From: Myxococcota bacterium
GTDB taxonomy: Bacteria; Myxococcota_A; UBA9042; PHBI01; JAWLBL01
NCBI GenBank assembly: GCA_041687695.1
Contig: JAWLBL010000018.1
Coordinates: 32,001 to 96,000, forward strand
Length of the DNA stretch: 64,000 nt
Reading direction: 5' to 3'
In this document: positions 29,616 through 40,361 of the stretch, in pieces
Layout: every line of letters begins with the position of its first letter
How positions within the stretch are numbered: position 1 is the stretch's first letter
The notes under the pieces: generated by a model
The model's input: only the letters and a program-made list of their open reading frames with translations
What the model was told of the DNA's origin: nothing
Databases searched by the model: none
Program-made: the position numbers and the translations under genes

Positions 29616-31625
29616 ATGCAGCGACCGCGCTGGGCAGCGCCCACCGGCAAGGCTATCGTGGTGGGGCTGACGTTGGCGATCTGGGCGCTGGGAAGCGGCT
29701 GCACCGACGGACCTACCGGGACGCCGAAGGACGACGCGAGCGACGCCGACCCGGTGGACGGCGACGTCAGCAAGCCGGAGCTCGAGCCGGGGCAGATCTG
29801 CTATCAGGGCGAGGTCAAGGCCTGCATCGTCGAGGGCGGCAAGGCCGCGATGATCTGCAACGCGTCGGGCACGGCCTTCGTGCAGGGCGACTGCAAAGGC
29901 CCGGACGGGCGCGAGGCGCTGTGCAAGGACGGCGCCTGCACGACCTGCTTCCCGGGCACCAAGAAGTGCCTGGACGAGGAGACGGTCGCGCAGTGCTCGG
30001 CCGACGGCAGCGCCTGGGAGCCGCTCATCCAGTGCCAGGGCGGCACCAGCGGCCAGGTGTGCACCGAGCGCCTCGGCCCGGCGGTCTGCGAGACGCTGTG
30101 CGCCATCAACGTGAAGTTCAACAGCTACATCGGCTGCGACTACTGGGCGGTCGATCTGGACAACGCCTTCGTCCCAGGCGGCAACGAGACCGGCTACTAC
30201 GACGCCGCGGGCGCGCAGTACGCCATCGTCATCGCGGTGCCGCCCGACTCGCCCCTGCCCTCGTTCGTCGACATCTACCAGATGGAGGGCGGCGAGCAGC
30301 AGAAGGTCGTCTGGGACTCGAACGGCGACCCGCTGCCGACGACCCCGCTGCAGCCGGGCGAGCTGCGCGTCTTCAAGATGCCCAAGCGCGACGTGAACGG
30401 GACCACCCAGGCCCCGCTCGCCTACCGCGTCGTCGCCTCGGCCCCCATCATCGCCTACCAGTTCAACCCGCTCGAGAACGCCAACGTCTTCTCGAACGAC
30501 GCCAGCCTGCTCCTGCCGGCCACGCTGCTGGGCCGCGACTACATCGTGATGACGCGCGAGCAGACCTTCGACACGCTGCGCGGCTTCATCACCGTCGTCG
30601 GCACCGACCCGCAGCCGACCGAGGTCTTCGTCGACTTCACGGCCGACACGCTGACCGGGACCATCTATCCCGGCACGGCGCGGCAGGCCCCCATCCCGCC
30701 CTACAAGCCGGGTGGCAGCGCCAAGTTCGTCCTCGAGCAGTTCGACGTCCTGAACATCGAGACCAACCGCCCCGGCGCCGACCTCACCGGCACCATCATC
30801 CGCGCCAACCGGCGCGTCGCGGTCTTCGGCGGGTCCGAGGCGTCGAACGCGCCGAACACCGCCGCCTGCGTCGACATCGACCCGGTGACCAGCAAGGGCG
30901 TGTGCGCCTGGGACCGCAAGACCAGCTGCAAGTCGGTCAGCGACTGCGTCTCGGCGGGCTTCAACACCTGCTGCGCCGACCACCTCGAGCAGCAGATGTT
31001 CCCGGTCAGCACCTGGGGCAAGACCTACGTCGCCACCAAGAGCTGGGACCGCAACATGGAGTCGGACGTCTGGCGCATCATGGCGGCCGAGGACAACACC
31101 AAGGTGTTCGTCGTCCCCCCGCAGCCGGGCATCAGCGTGCCCGTCCTGAACCGCGGCGAGTGGTACGAGTTCGAGAGCCGCCAGCACTTCGAGGTCCACG
31201 CCGACAAGCCCATCCTGGTCGGGCAGTTCCTGGCTGCGCAGGACGCGCCCGAGCCCAACGTCGGCGGCATCCCGCAGGCGGGCGACGCGGGCACGGGCGA
31301 CCCGGCCTTCATGCTGGCCATCCCCATCGAGCAGTACCGCTTCGACTTCGTCGTGCTGACGCCGGCCGAGTACGAGTTCAACTACATCAACGTCGTCGCG
31401 CCGACGGGATCGGTGGTCGAGGTCAACGGCGAGGAGATCCCCGCCGGCTACTTCGAGGTCATCGGCTCGGGCGACTACAGCGTCTACCGGCAGCAGGTCC
31501 CGCCGGGGGCGCACACCATCACGTCCAGCGAGCCGGCGGGCGTCATCGTCTACGGCTACGACCAGTACGTCTCGTACGGGTACACGGGCGGCCTGGATCT
31601 GGTCGAGATCAACAAGACATTCTGA
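29616..31625 (+). CDS. IgGFc-binding-protein N-terminal-domain lipoprotein with Cys-rich N-region
   Basis: Lipobox GSGC, SYIGCDYWAVDLDN, AYQFNPL, SNDASLLLP, CCADHLEQQMFP, GDPAF, SYGYTGG. Confidence 0.85.
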   Translation: MQRPRWAAPTGKAIVVGLTLAIWALGSGCTDGPTGTPKDDASDADPVDGDVSKPELEPGQICYQGEVKACIVEGGKAAMICNASGTAFVQGDCKGPDGREALCKDGACTTCFPGTKKCLDEETVAQCSADGSAWEPLIQCQGGTSGQVCTERLGPAVCETLCAINVKFNSYIGCDYWAVDLDNAFVPGGNETGYYDAAGAQYAIVIAVPPDSPLPSFVDIYQMEGGEQQKVVWDSNGDPLPTTPLQPGELRVFKMPKRDVNGTTQAPLAYRVVASAPIIAYQFNPLENANVFSNDASLLLPATLLGRDYIVMTREQTFDTLRGFITVVGTDPQPTEVFVDFTADTLTGTIYPGTARQAPIPPYKPGGSAKFVLEQFDVLNIETNRPGADLTGTIIRANRRVAVFGGSEASNAPNTAACVDIDPVTSKGVCAWDRKTSCKSVSDCVSAGFNTCCADHLEQQMFPVSTWGKTYVATKSWDRNMESDVWRIMAAEDNTKVFVVPPQPGISVPVLNRGEWYEFESRQHFEVHADKPILVGQFLAAQDAPEPNVGGIPQAGDAGTGDPAFMLAIPIEQYRFDFVVLTPAEYEFNYINVVAPTGSVVEVNGEEIPAGYFEVIGSGDYSVYRQQVPPGAHTITSSEPAGVIVYGYDQYVSYGYTGGLDLVEINKTF

Positions 31626-31692
31626 GGGCGATCCGGGACCCCGGCCGGCGCGTGGGGGCGTCGGCCGGCGGCGGGGCGCGTGGGAGGGAGCG

Positions 31693-34600
31693 ATGGAGCG
31701 CTGGCGCACGGGGTGGGGACGTTGGCTGGCGTGTGCGCTCGTCCTGGCGGCGTGCTCGGACGCCGACTCGGGCGCGACCGGGTCCAAGGGCGACGACGTC
31801 GCGGTGGGCGATGACGCGACCAGCGGCGACGACGCGGCGGCGACGCCGGAGGCCGGCGGTGACGCGGGCGCCGAGGACTCGGGGCCGGTCAAGGTCGACG
31901 TGCCGGTCGTCACGACGCTGACGCTCACGTCGGTGCAGCCCGACACGGGCCGCGCCACCGGCCTCGAGCAGGTCGAGCTGGTCGGGACGGGGTTCAACGA
32001 CAACGTGCAGGTCTACTTCGGCGAGAGCCTGGCCCAGGACATCTTCGTCCTGGACGACCGGCGCATCGCCGCGCTGACGCCGCCGCGGGTGCCCGGCCTG
32101 GTCGACGTGCGGGTCACCGACCCGGTGGCCGAGACCTCGGCCGTGCTCGACGACGCCTACCTGTACTTCAACCCGGTCATGGTGGCCGCGGTGGACCCGC
32201 CCAGCGGGTCGCTGCTGGGCGGCGAGCCCATCACCGTGACCGGCACCGGCTTCGTCCCGGGCACGGTGGTCATCATCGGCACACGCGCGGCGCTGTCGGT
32301 CGAGGTGCTCGACGACGGGACGCTGCTGGCGGTGACGCCCGAGGGGACCACCGCGGGCCCGGCGGACGTGCACGTGTCGAACGGCCTGGGCATCGGCACG
32401 CTCGAGGAGGGCTACACCTACACGACGGCGCCGGTGGTGACTGGGGTCGCGCCGCCGGTGGGCCTGCTGGCGGGCGGCACCAAGGTCGAGGTGACCGGCG
32501 TCGGCTTCAGCGAGCCGCTGGCGGTCAGCTTCGGCGGGCGGCCGCTGGAGGACGTCGAGGTCATCGGGACCGAGCGCATCGTCGGGCGGACGCCGTCGGC
32601 GGACGCGGCCGGCACGGTGGACGTGCTGGTCTCGACCACGGTGGGCAGCGCCTTCGCCGAAGACGCCTTCACCTACGTGGGCGACCTGGCGCCCGGCGAG
32701 CAGGTCCAGATCCTGGCGGTCACCCCGGCCACGGGCCCGGCGGGCGGCGGCAACCAGGTGACCGTAGTCGCCAAGGGGCTGACCGGAGAAGGCGCGACCA
32801 CGGTCACCTTCGGGGGCGCGGCGGCGCAGGTCCTGTCGGTCGACCCGCAGGCGCACGCCGTCGTGGTCGAGGTGCCGCCCGGCGCGGTCGGGCCGGTCGA
32901 CGTGACGCTGGCCAACGCCAACGGGCAGGACACGCGGGTCGCGGGCTACCGCTACCAGGCCTTCGTCAAGGTCTACGAGGTGACGCCCTCGTTCGGGCCG
33001 GTCGCGGGCGGCACGGCGGTCACGCTGAAGGGCGTGGGCTTCGAGCCGGGCGCGCAGGTGCGCATCGGGGCGCTGCCGGCGGCCAGCGTGCAGGTCGTCG
33101 ACGACCAGACCATCACGGCGGTGACCGCGGCGGGCAGCCCGGGGCTGGCCAACGTGACGGTCACCCAGGGCGCGCTGCAGGACGTGCTGGTCGGCGGCTA
33201 CGCCTACCAGGGGCCGATGGCGCTGTGGGTCGTGGCGCCCAACCAGGGTGGCCAGGCCGGCGGCACGCTGGTGACGCTGATGGGCTCGGGGTTCCCGACC
33301 GACGCGCAGGTCCTGGTCGGCGGCAAGCCGGCGACGCACGTGCAGGTGCTGTCGTCGTCGCTCATCCGCTGCAAGACCCCGCCGGGCGACATCGGCACCG
33401 TCGAGGTGACCGTGCAGAGCGCGCTCAAGGGCTCGGTGTCGCTGCCGAACGCCTACACCTACTACAACCCCGAGAGCAGCTTCGGCGGCACCTGGGGCAA
33501 GCCGGTCAAGGGCGACGTCAACGTGACGGTGCTCAACGGGGCGGACGGCTCGGCCATCCCCGACGTCTTCGTGATGCTGTGGACCGACCCGACGACCCCG
33601 TACCAGGGCTACACGAACCAGAACGGGCAGATCACCTTCAGCGGCCCGGATCTGATGGGCGAGCAGATGGTGTCGGCCTCGAAGGAGGGCTTCGCCTCGA
33701 ACTCGGTCGTCGAGTACGACGCGACCAACGTCACGCTGTACCTGAACCCGACCGCCATGGGCTCGGGAGGCCCGCCGCCCAGCGTCCCGGCGCCGATCTA
33801 CAAGGGCCAGGTCGTCAACGCGACCAAGTACATCCCGGTGCCCTGGGGTCAGTGCAACGACAAGGGCGCCACCGCGGGCGCGCTGTGCGGCGCCTGCACC
33901 ACCAGCGCCGACTGCGCGGGCGGCCTGACCTGCAACGCCCTGCCCAACCAGGGCAGCTTCTGCACCTCGCACTGCCAGGACTCGGGCGACTGCCCCAGCG
34001 GCTACATGTGCTACCCGCTCAACGGCGTGCCCGAGCAGCAGTGCGTGCCGGCCTCGGGCCGCGTCACGGCCTTCTGCGACTTCACCAAGCCCACCGTCTT
34101 CAGCCAGGACTACGTCCCGCCGCCCGGGCTCGAGGTCCTGCCCGACTTCTCGTTCGAGATGCCCGTCCCCATCGGCGAGTTCGCCGTCTTCTGCTGGGGC
34201 GGCATCTACAACGACGACCTCGCCCAGTTCACGCCCTACGCCCTGGGCCTGCACCGCCACGTGTTCGCGCAGCCCGGCGAGCAGCTCGGCGGCGACATCG
34301 TCTTGAACCACGCGCTCAAGAGCGAGATCACGCTGCGCCTCGACGACCCGCCGCGCGGCCCGAACGGCCCGGACTTCAACTACGCCTTCGTCCACCTGAA
34401 CCTTGGCAGCGACGGCACCCTCGAGTTCCTGCACCAGCCGTTCAGCTTCGGCGTCGACGAGCCGCTGGTCTTCCAGTGGATGCCCAAGGCGCTGACCGGG
34501 GATCTGTACGACGCCAGCTACACCTTCCTGGCCGGCGCCTTCTCGATGACCGAGGACAACCTGCCGTACTCGCTGACGCTGCACCAGGGCATCCGCAAGG

Positions 34601-35811
34601 TCGAGGACGACACGATGTACGTCTGGGAGGCCAGCGGCTGGACCCCGCGCGCGACCGGCATCACCAAGAACATCAATGCCTTGTGGGCCACCTCGGCCAC
34701 GCAGATGGTGGGCGTCGGCTCGGACGGCCTCATCGTGCGCTCGCTGGGCAGCGCCTGGGCCGCCCAGCCGTCGGGCACCACCAGCCACCTGCGGGGTGTG
34801 CACGCCCTGCCGGGCGGGGCGGCCATCGCCGTCGGCGACAAGGGCGTCGCGACCCACTTCGGCGGCGAGACCTGGCAGGTCGTCCCGACCGGCGGCACCG
34901 CGAACCTCGAGGGCGTCTGGATGTTCTCGCCCAGCGACGCGGTCGCGGTCGGCTGGTACACGCTGCTGCGCTGGGACGGCGCGACCTGGACCAAGGACCC
35001 GTCGTTCGTCACCAGCAAGAACCTGCGCGCCGTCTGGGGCAGCTCGCCCGACGACATCTGGGCGGTGGGCTTTTACGGCCAGGCCATCCACTGGGACGGC
35101 GTCGCCTGGAGCAACGTCCCGACCGGCACGACCCAGAACCTGCGCGGCGTGTGGGGCTCGGGGCCGGACGACGTGTTCATCGTCGGCGAGGGCGGCACCA
35201 TCCTGCGTTGGGACGGGACCGCGCTGACCCCGATGGCGGTCGACACGCAGCGCACGCTCGAGGCGGTGTGGGGCTCGGGGCCCGAGGACGTCTACGCGGT
35301 GGGCGCGCGCGGCACCATCCTGCGCTGGGACGGCGTGCAGTGGCACGACGAGAGCCCGAGCGACTACGACGCGACCTTCCTGGCGGTCGGCGGGGCGGGC
35401 GGCGCGGTGGTCGCGACCGGCACGCACGAGCTGCTGCTGGGGCCGATGCTGCGGGTGCCCGAGAACATCAAGCCGGCCGACGGCGGCGTCATGGGCGACA
35501 AGTACGAGCTGTCGTGGACGGTGCAGGACGGGCCGCAGCCGCACTTCAGCTACGTCGAGGTGGCCGTCCCCGGGATGATGGGGCCGGTGCCCGAGTGGAT
35601 CACCATCAACGACTGGAAGGTCACGAACCTGCTGCTGCCCGACTTCCCGAACATCGAGGGCACGCCCGGCATCGCCCCAGGCTTCAAGTACCTGACGATC
35701 CTGCGGGTCTACAAGGAAGGCTTCGACATCGACAACTACAGCTACATGGATCTGTCGACGCTGACGTGGCGGTCGTGGGCCCAGGACGCGACGACGTTCA
35801 CGAAGAAGTAG
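31693..35811 (+). CDS. Large lipoprotein: 6 IPT/TIG domains, Cys-rich module, beta-propeller-like repeats
   Basis: Lipobox LAAC, Asp-rich linker, six repeats of V.P..G...GG..V...G.GF, cluster of Cys at about aa 720-795, repeated LRGVWGSGPDDVF-type blades. Confidence 0.85.
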   Translation: MERWRTGWGRWLACALVLAACSDADSGATGSKGDDVAVGDDATSGDDAAATPEAGGDAGAEDSGPVKVDVPVVTTLTLTSVQPDTGRATGLEQVELVGTGFNDNVQVYFGESLAQDIFVLDDRRIAALTPPRVPGLVDVRVTDPVAETSAVLDDAYLYFNPVMVAAVDPPSGSLLGGEPITVTGTGFVPGTVVIIGTRAALSVEVLDDGTLLAVTPEGTTAGPADVHVSNGLGIGTLEEGYTYTTAPVVTGVAPPVGLLAGGTKVEVTGVGFSEPLAVSFGGRPLEDVEVIGTERIVGRTPSADAAGTVDVLVSTTVGSAFAEDAFTYVGDLAPGEQVQILAVTPATGPAGGGNQVTVVAKGLTGEGATTVTFGGAAAQVLSVDPQAHAVVVEVPPGAVGPVDVTLANANGQDTRVAGYRYQAFVKVYEVTPSFGPVAGGTAVTLKGVGFEPGAQVRIGALPAASVQVVDDQTITAVTAAGSPGLANVTVTQGALQDVLVGGYAYQGPMALWVVAPNQGGQAGGTLVTLMGSGFPTDAQVLVGGKPATHVQVLSSSLIRCKTPPGDIGTVEVTVQSALKGSVSLPNAYTYYNPESSFGGTWGKPVKGDVNVTVLNGADGSAIPDVFVMLWTDPTTPYQGYTNQNGQITFSGPDLMGEQMVSASKEGFASNSVVEYDATNVTLYLNPTAMGSGGPPPSVPAPIYKGQVVNATKYIPVPWGQCNDKGATAGALCGACTTSADCAGGLTCNALPNQGSFCTSHCQDSGDCPSGYMCYPLNGVPEQQCVPASGRVTAFCDFTKPTVFSQDYVPPPGLEVLPDFSFEMPVPIGEFAVFCWGGIYNDDLAQFTPYALGLHRHVFAQPGEQLGGDIVLNHALKSEITLRLDDPPRGPNGPDFNYAFVHLNLGSDGTLEFLHQPFSFGVDEPLVFQWMPKALTGDLYDASYTFLAGAFSMTEDNLPYSLTLHQGIRKVEDDTMYVWEASGWTPRATGITKNINALWATSATQMVGVGSDGLIVRSLGSAWAAQPSGTTSHLRGVHALPGGAAIAVGDKGVATHFGGETWQVVPTGGTANLEGVWMFSPSDAVAVGWYTLLRWDGATWTKDPSFVTSKNLRAVWGSSPDDIWAVGFYGQAIHWDGVAWSNVPTGTTQNLRGVWGSGPDDVFIVGEGGTILRWDGTALTPMAVDTQRTLEAVWGSGPEDVYAVGARGTILRWDGVQWHDESPSDYDATFLAVGGAGGAVVATGTHELLLGPMLRVPENIKPADGGVMGDKYELSWTVQDGPQPHFSYVEVAVPGMMGPVPEWITINDWKVTNLLLPDFPNIEGTPGIAPGFKYLTILRVYKEGFDIDNYSYMDLSTLTWRSWAQDATTFTKK

Positions 35812-35817
35812 GGTCGG

Positions 35818-37776
35818 ATGCTGGGATTCGAGGCGCGGTGGGGCCGCGGGGGCGGGCTGCGGGCCGCCCGTCGGTGGGGTCGGCTGGGCGGGTTCGCGTG
35901 GGCGGGCCTGCTGCTCGCCGGCGCGGCCTGCGGTGACGAGGCCGGGCCGCGGGATGTCGAGGACGTGGCCGAGGTCCAGGACGTCGTGGACGACGGGGTC
36001 GACGACATCGCCGGCGACGCGGCGGACGGCTTCGGCGACACTGGCGGGGACGTCGCGGACGTCGACGCCACGCCGGGCGCGTCGTGGCGGGCCGTGTCGC
36101 TGGGCGATGTGGGCCAGATCGGCGGGATGACCCTGGTGGCGCCCGACCAGGGCTACGCCGTGTCCGGGCCGCGGGTCCTGCGCTGGGACGGGCGCAGCTG
36201 GTCGGCCTGGGGTCAGCCTGGCGAGGCGCGGCTGCGCGGCGTGTGGGCCGGCGACGGCGTGGTGGTCGCGGTGGGCGACGACGGGACGGTGGCGCGGCGG
36301 GCGACGGACGCGCTGGGCTGGACGCTCGAGGCGTCGGGGACGCCCGTGGACCTGCACGCGGTGTGGGGCCAGGGGCCGGAGACGCTGTGGGCCGTCGGCG
36401 ACCAGATGACGGTCCTGGCTCGGGGCGGGGACGGCTGGAGCGTCGAGAAGACGGGCGGCTCCGGGGCCCTGCTGGCGCTGTGGGGCGACCCGCAGGTGGC
36501 CGGGGCGGGCAGCCTGTTGGCGGTCGGCACCGGCGGGCGGCTGGTCCGCTACGAGGGCGGCGAGTGGGTGACCCAGCAGATCGCCGCGAACGCCGTGACG
36601 CTGCACGGGGTGTGGGGCGCGGGCGCGCTGCGGGTGGCGGTCGGCAGCGACGCGACGGTGACCGTGAAGGCCAGCGCCGGCAGCCCATGGCAGGGGCAGA
36701 GCTCGAACGACACCAGCGCGCGGGATCTGTTCGCGGTGACGGGCGCGGCGGCCGACGACGTGGCGGCCTTCGGGGCCTCGGGCGCCATCGTGCGCTTCGA
36801 CGGGGCCAAGTGGAGCGTGGTCGCCGCGGCGGGGCCGAACAGCGCCGGGGCGGAGCTGGTGGCGGGCGGGTTCGCGCGGCAGGGGCTGGGCAGCCCGACC
36901 TGGATGGCGCTGGGGCGCGCGGGCGGCGGGGTGCGCTGGAGCGGCAGCGCCTGGGTGGACGTGGCGACGCGGCCGACCGCGGCCATCACCGGGCTGGCGG
37001 CGGCGCCGGACGGGACGCTGTGGGCGTCGGGCGGCGGCGGGTTGGCGTTCGCGCGGGTCGGCGGGGACTGGACCTCGGTGGAGCTGGGCACGTCGGCGGA
37101 CCTGCACGACGTGGCGGTCGCGGGCGACGGGTCGGTGTGGTGGGTCGGCGACGGCGGGACGGTGCTGCGGCGCGAGGCCGACGGGGCGGTGACGCAGGTG
37201 GCGACCCCGGTGCCGGCGCAGCTGCTGGCGGTGGCGGCGGACGCGCAGCAGGTCGTGGTGGCCGGCAAGGGCGGGACCCTGCTGACCGGGGCGCTGGACG
37301 CGACGGCGCTGACGCCGTGGGCCAGCGGGACGGTGGCGGATCTGCGGGACGCGGCCTTCGACGCCGCGGGGACGCTGTGGCTGAGCGGGGCCTTCGGGAC
37401 ACTGCTGCGCGCGCCCGGTGAGGGGCTGCCGCAGGCGGTGCCCAGCGGGGTCGGTGGCGGGCTGAACGGGCTGGCGGCCTTTGGCGACGGCGTGCTGGCG
37501 GTCGGCGACGGCGGTGTCGTGCTGCGGGCGACCGGCGACGGAGCGACGGTGCTGCACGAGCAGCCGGGGCTGTTCCTGTACGGGGTGGGCGCGGCGGGCG
37601 ACGCGGCGCTGGCGGTCGGCTGGAACGGCGCGATCCTGCGCTGGGACGGGCAGGCGTTCGTGGCCGAGGCGGCGCCGACGCAGGCGGTGCTCGAGGCGGT
37701 GTGGCTGGGGGCGGACGAGACGATCGCGGTGGGTCGCGGCGGGGCGCTCATCGAGCGCGTGGAGGCGGGCCGGTGA
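35818..37776 (+). CDS. Lipoprotein with multi-bladed beta-propeller repeats
   Basis: Lipobox GAAC, Asp-rich linker, repeated L..VWG....AVG..G motifs. Confidence 0.78.
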   Translation: MLGFEARWGRGGGLRAARRWGRLGGFAWAGLLLAGAACGDEAGPRDVEDVAEVQDVVDDGVDDIAGDAADGFGDTGGDVADVDATPGASWRAVSLGDVGQIGGMTLVAPDQGYAVSGPRVLRWDGRSWSAWGQPGEARLRGVWAGDGVVVAVGDDGTVARRATDALGWTLEASGTPVDLHAVWGQGPETLWAVGDQMTVLARGGDGWSVEKTGGSGALLALWGDPQVAGAGSLLAVGTGGRLVRYEGGEWVTQQIAANAVTLHGVWGAGALRVAVGSDATVTVKASAGSPWQGQSSNDTSARDLFAVTGAAADDVAAFGASGAIVRFDGAKWSVVAAAGPNSAGAELVAGGFARQGLGSPTWMALGRAGGGVRWSGSAWVDVATRPTAAITGLAAAPDGTLWASGGGGLAFARVGGDWTSVELGTSADLHDVAVAGDGSVWWVGDGGTVLRREADGAVTQVATPVPAQLLAVAADAQQVVVAGKGGTLLTGALDATALTPWASGTVADLRDAAFDAAGTLWLSGAFGTLLRAPGEGLPQAVPSGVGGGLNGLAAFGDGVLAVGDGGVVLRATGDGATVLHEQPGLFLYGVGAAGDAALAVGWNGAILRWDGQAFVAEAAPTQAVLEAVWLGADETIAVGRGGALIERVEAGR

Positions 37777-37787
37777 GGGGATGGCGG

Positions 37788-40361
37788 ATGAAGGCGTGGG
37801 CGCCCTGGCTGGCGGTGGCGGTGGCGGTGGGGCTCGTGGGCCTCGGCGGGTGCTCGGACGACGCGGCGGGCGGTGGGCCGGCGGACGCGCTGGTCGACGT
37901 GAAGGGTGACGACGGGGTCGAGGACGCCGGCGGCGACGTGGGCGGCGACGTGGGCGGCGGGGAGGTGAGCGAGGACGCGGCGGACGGCGGTGACGTCGCC
38001 GACGTGGGGCCGACGCTGGTGCCGCGGCTGGTGCAGGACAAGACGCAGCTGCCGCAGGAGTTCGTGTTCAAGGGGGTGTGGGCCGGGGCGCCGGGGGCCG
38101 GCGTGGCGGTCGGCAACGAGGGCGTGGTCGCGCGGCGCGAGGCGGACGGGCGCTGGAAGGTGGTCGGGCTGGGGACGGGCGCGGATCTGCTGAACGCGGT
38201 GAGCGGGACCGGGCCGGACGACCTGTGGGCGGTCGGCAAGGACGGCGTCATCCTGCACGGGACCTCGGACGGGTTCGGGCAGAGCGGCGAGAGCTGCGCG
38301 GTCGACGCGGACTGCGCGGGCGGGGACCCGTGCGTGACGGCGCAGTGCGTCCAGGGCGGGTGCGTGTCGAACCCCAGCCTGGCGCCCGGGTGCTGCGGCG
38401 CGCCGGCGGGCGTGTTCGGGTTCGACAGCGGCAAGCTCGAGGGCTGGGTGGTGACCAAGGGGACCACGCCGGTGACGTGGCACGTGGTGAGCCGCGCGGG
38501 GCGGCACACCAGCCCGTCGCACGCGCTGTACTTCGGCGACCCGTCGAAGAACCCGCCGAACTTCACGGGGACGGGCATCGTCAGCGGGGTGGTCGAGTCG
38601 CCGGTCATGAAGCTGCCGGCGGCGGGCAGCGCGGTGCTGACGTTCCAGCTGTTCATGGACACCGAGTCGGGGACCTCTTGGGACAAGCTAGAGGTCTTCG
38701 TCAAGCTGGGCGGGGCGCAGACGCTGGTGTGGGACAAGGCGCAGCTGCCGGGGATGCCGACCGGCGGGTTCGTGCCGGTCGAGCTGGATCTCTCGGCGTG
38801 GATGGGCCAGAGCGTCCAGGTGGTCTTCGCGTTCGACTCGGTCGACAGCGCCGGCAACGGCGGCGAGGGCGTGTACGTGGACGACGTGCGGGTCGACACG
38901 ACCTGCAGCGAGGGGGTCGGCGGGTCGCTGGGGACGCTGTGGGGCGTGCACGCGGTGACGCCCGAGGACGCGTGGGCGGTCGGGCTGCAGGGGACGATGG
39001 CGCGCTGGGACGGGCAGCGGTGGCGGAACGTCGGCGGCGCCGAGGGTGTCGGCAAGAGCTGGCGGGGCATGGCCGGCGGGGCGGACACGCTGGTGCTGGT
39101 GGGCGACGGCGGGGCCATCACGGTGTCCGACGGCGGCGTGCTGAGCGACGTGGCGAGCCCGACGACGGCGACGCTGTACGACGTGCACAGCGCGGACGGG
39201 CAGACGTTCTGGGCCGTCGGGGCCAGCGGGACGGTGCTGAAGGGTCAGGGGACCGAGTGGAGCCTGGTCGAGGCGCCGGCCAAGGTGGATCTGCACGCGG
39301 TGTGGGTGCGCGCGGACGGAGAGGTGTGGGTCGTCGGGGACGGGGCGACGGCGCTGCGCGGGGGGGACGGCGGCTGGGAAGAGGTCGACGTCCCGACGTG
39401 GCGGGATCTGCGGGCCGTGTGGATCTCGGACGTCGGGCTGGTGACCATCACGGGGGCGGACGGCGTGCTGGTGCAGGGGCCGGTGGAGGGGCCGCTGGAT
39501 GCGTCGGTGACGCTGGCGGCCGGCGGCGAGCTGTCGGACGCGTTCGGCTGGGGCGAGACGGTGCTGCTGGTCGGCAACGACTCGAAGGTGTTCCGGTTCG
39601 CCGGGAAGTGGGCGGCCGAGAAGCCGGGGACCAGCCAGCACCTGCGGTCGGTGTGGGGCACGGGGCCGGACGACGTGTGGGCGGTCGGGTGGCTGCTGGG
39701 GACCCTCCTGCACTGGGACGGGCAGGCGTGGACCAAGCACGAGGCGCCGACCAGCGACCCGCTGGAGGTGGTCTGGGGGCGGTCGAAGACCGAGGCCTAC
39801 GCCGCGGGGGCCAACGGGACGCTGCTGGCGTGGGACGGAGAGGTCTGGCGGGTGACGTCGGCGAAGACGGACCAGAACCTGCGGGCGGTGTTCGGGCGGG
39901 CCTCGGACGACGTGTGGGCCGTGGGCGCGGGCGGCACCATCATGCACTACGGCGGGCTCGGCTGGGCGCCGTCGCCCATCGCGCCCATCATGACCGCGGA
40001 CGGCAAGGAGCAGGAGATCACCAGCGCCCTGCACGCGGTCTGGGCGGCGGCCGAGGACGACGCCTGGGCGGTGGGCGCGGACGGGCAGGTGCTGCGCTGG
40101 GACGGCGTCGTCTGGACGTCGGTCGACCCCGGGTTCGGGGTGACGCTGCGCGGGGTCTACGGGCTGTCGGCCGACGAGGTGTGGGCGGTCGGCAACGAGG
40201 GCCACGTCATCCGCTGGGACGGCGAGACCTGGACGCCGGTGCCGACGGGGTCGGTCGCGACGCTGTACGCCGTCCACGGCGACGGCGACGGACACCTGCT
40301 GATCGTCGGCGACCTCGGGACGGTGCTGCGCCTCGAGTGGGTGGCGGCCGAGTCCGAGTGA
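37788..40361 (+). CDS. Lipoprotein with propeller repeats, Cys-rich knot and MAM-like jelly-roll domain
   Basis: Lipobox LGGC, Asp-rich linker, C..DADC...DPC...C..G.C, LYFG...MDTE...DKLEV...LDLSAW...GVYVDDVRV, many VWG..DDVWAVG blades. Confidence 0.8.
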   Translation: MKAWAPWLAVAVAVGLVGLGGCSDDAAGGGPADALVDVKGDDGVEDAGGDVGGDVGGGEVSEDAADGGDVADVGPTLVPRLVQDKTQLPQEFVFKGVWAGAPGAGVAVGNEGVVARREADGRWKVVGLGTGADLLNAVSGTGPDDLWAVGKDGVILHGTSDGFGQSGESCAVDADCAGGDPCVTAQCVQGGCVSNPSLAPGCCGAPAGVFGFDSGKLEGWVVTKGTTPVTWHVVSRAGRHTSPSHALYFGDPSKNPPNFTGTGIVSGVVESPVMKLPAAGSAVLTFQLFMDTESGTSWDKLEVFVKLGGAQTLVWDKAQLPGMPTGGFVPVELDLSAWMGQSVQVVFAFDSVDSAGNGGEGVYVDDVRVDTTCSEGVGGSLGTLWGVHAVTPEDAWAVGLQGTMARWDGQRWRNVGGAEGVGKSWRGMAGGADTLVLVGDGGAITVSDGGVLSDVASPTTATLYDVHSADGQTFWAVGASGTVLKGQGTEWSLVEAPAKVDLHAVWVRADGEVWVVGDGATALRGGDGGWEEVDVPTWRDLRAVWISDVGLVTITGADGVLVQGPVEGPLDASVTLAAGGELSDAFGWGETVLLVGNDSKVFRFAGKWAAEKPGTSQHLRSVWGTGPDDVWAVGWLLGTLLHWDGQAWTKHEAPTSDPLEVVWGRSKTEAYAAGANGTLLAWDGEVWRVTSAKTDQNLRAVFGRASDDVWAVGAGGTIMHYGGLGWAPSPIAPIMTADGKEQEITSALHAVWAAAEDDAWAVGADGQVLRWDGVVWTSVDPGFGVTLRGVYGLSADEVWAVGNEGHVIRWDGETWTPVPTGSVATLYAVHGDGDGHLLIVGDLGTVLRLEWVAAESE

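Noticed and set aside
31609..37557. 1982-aa minus-strand ORF and similar long shadow ORFs (e.g. 60688-63942, 6924-9212, 29559-32003)
   Set aside because: They are antisense or off-frame to well-supported genes, have Arg/Pro/Gly-rich composition with no motifs, and are expected at this GC content.
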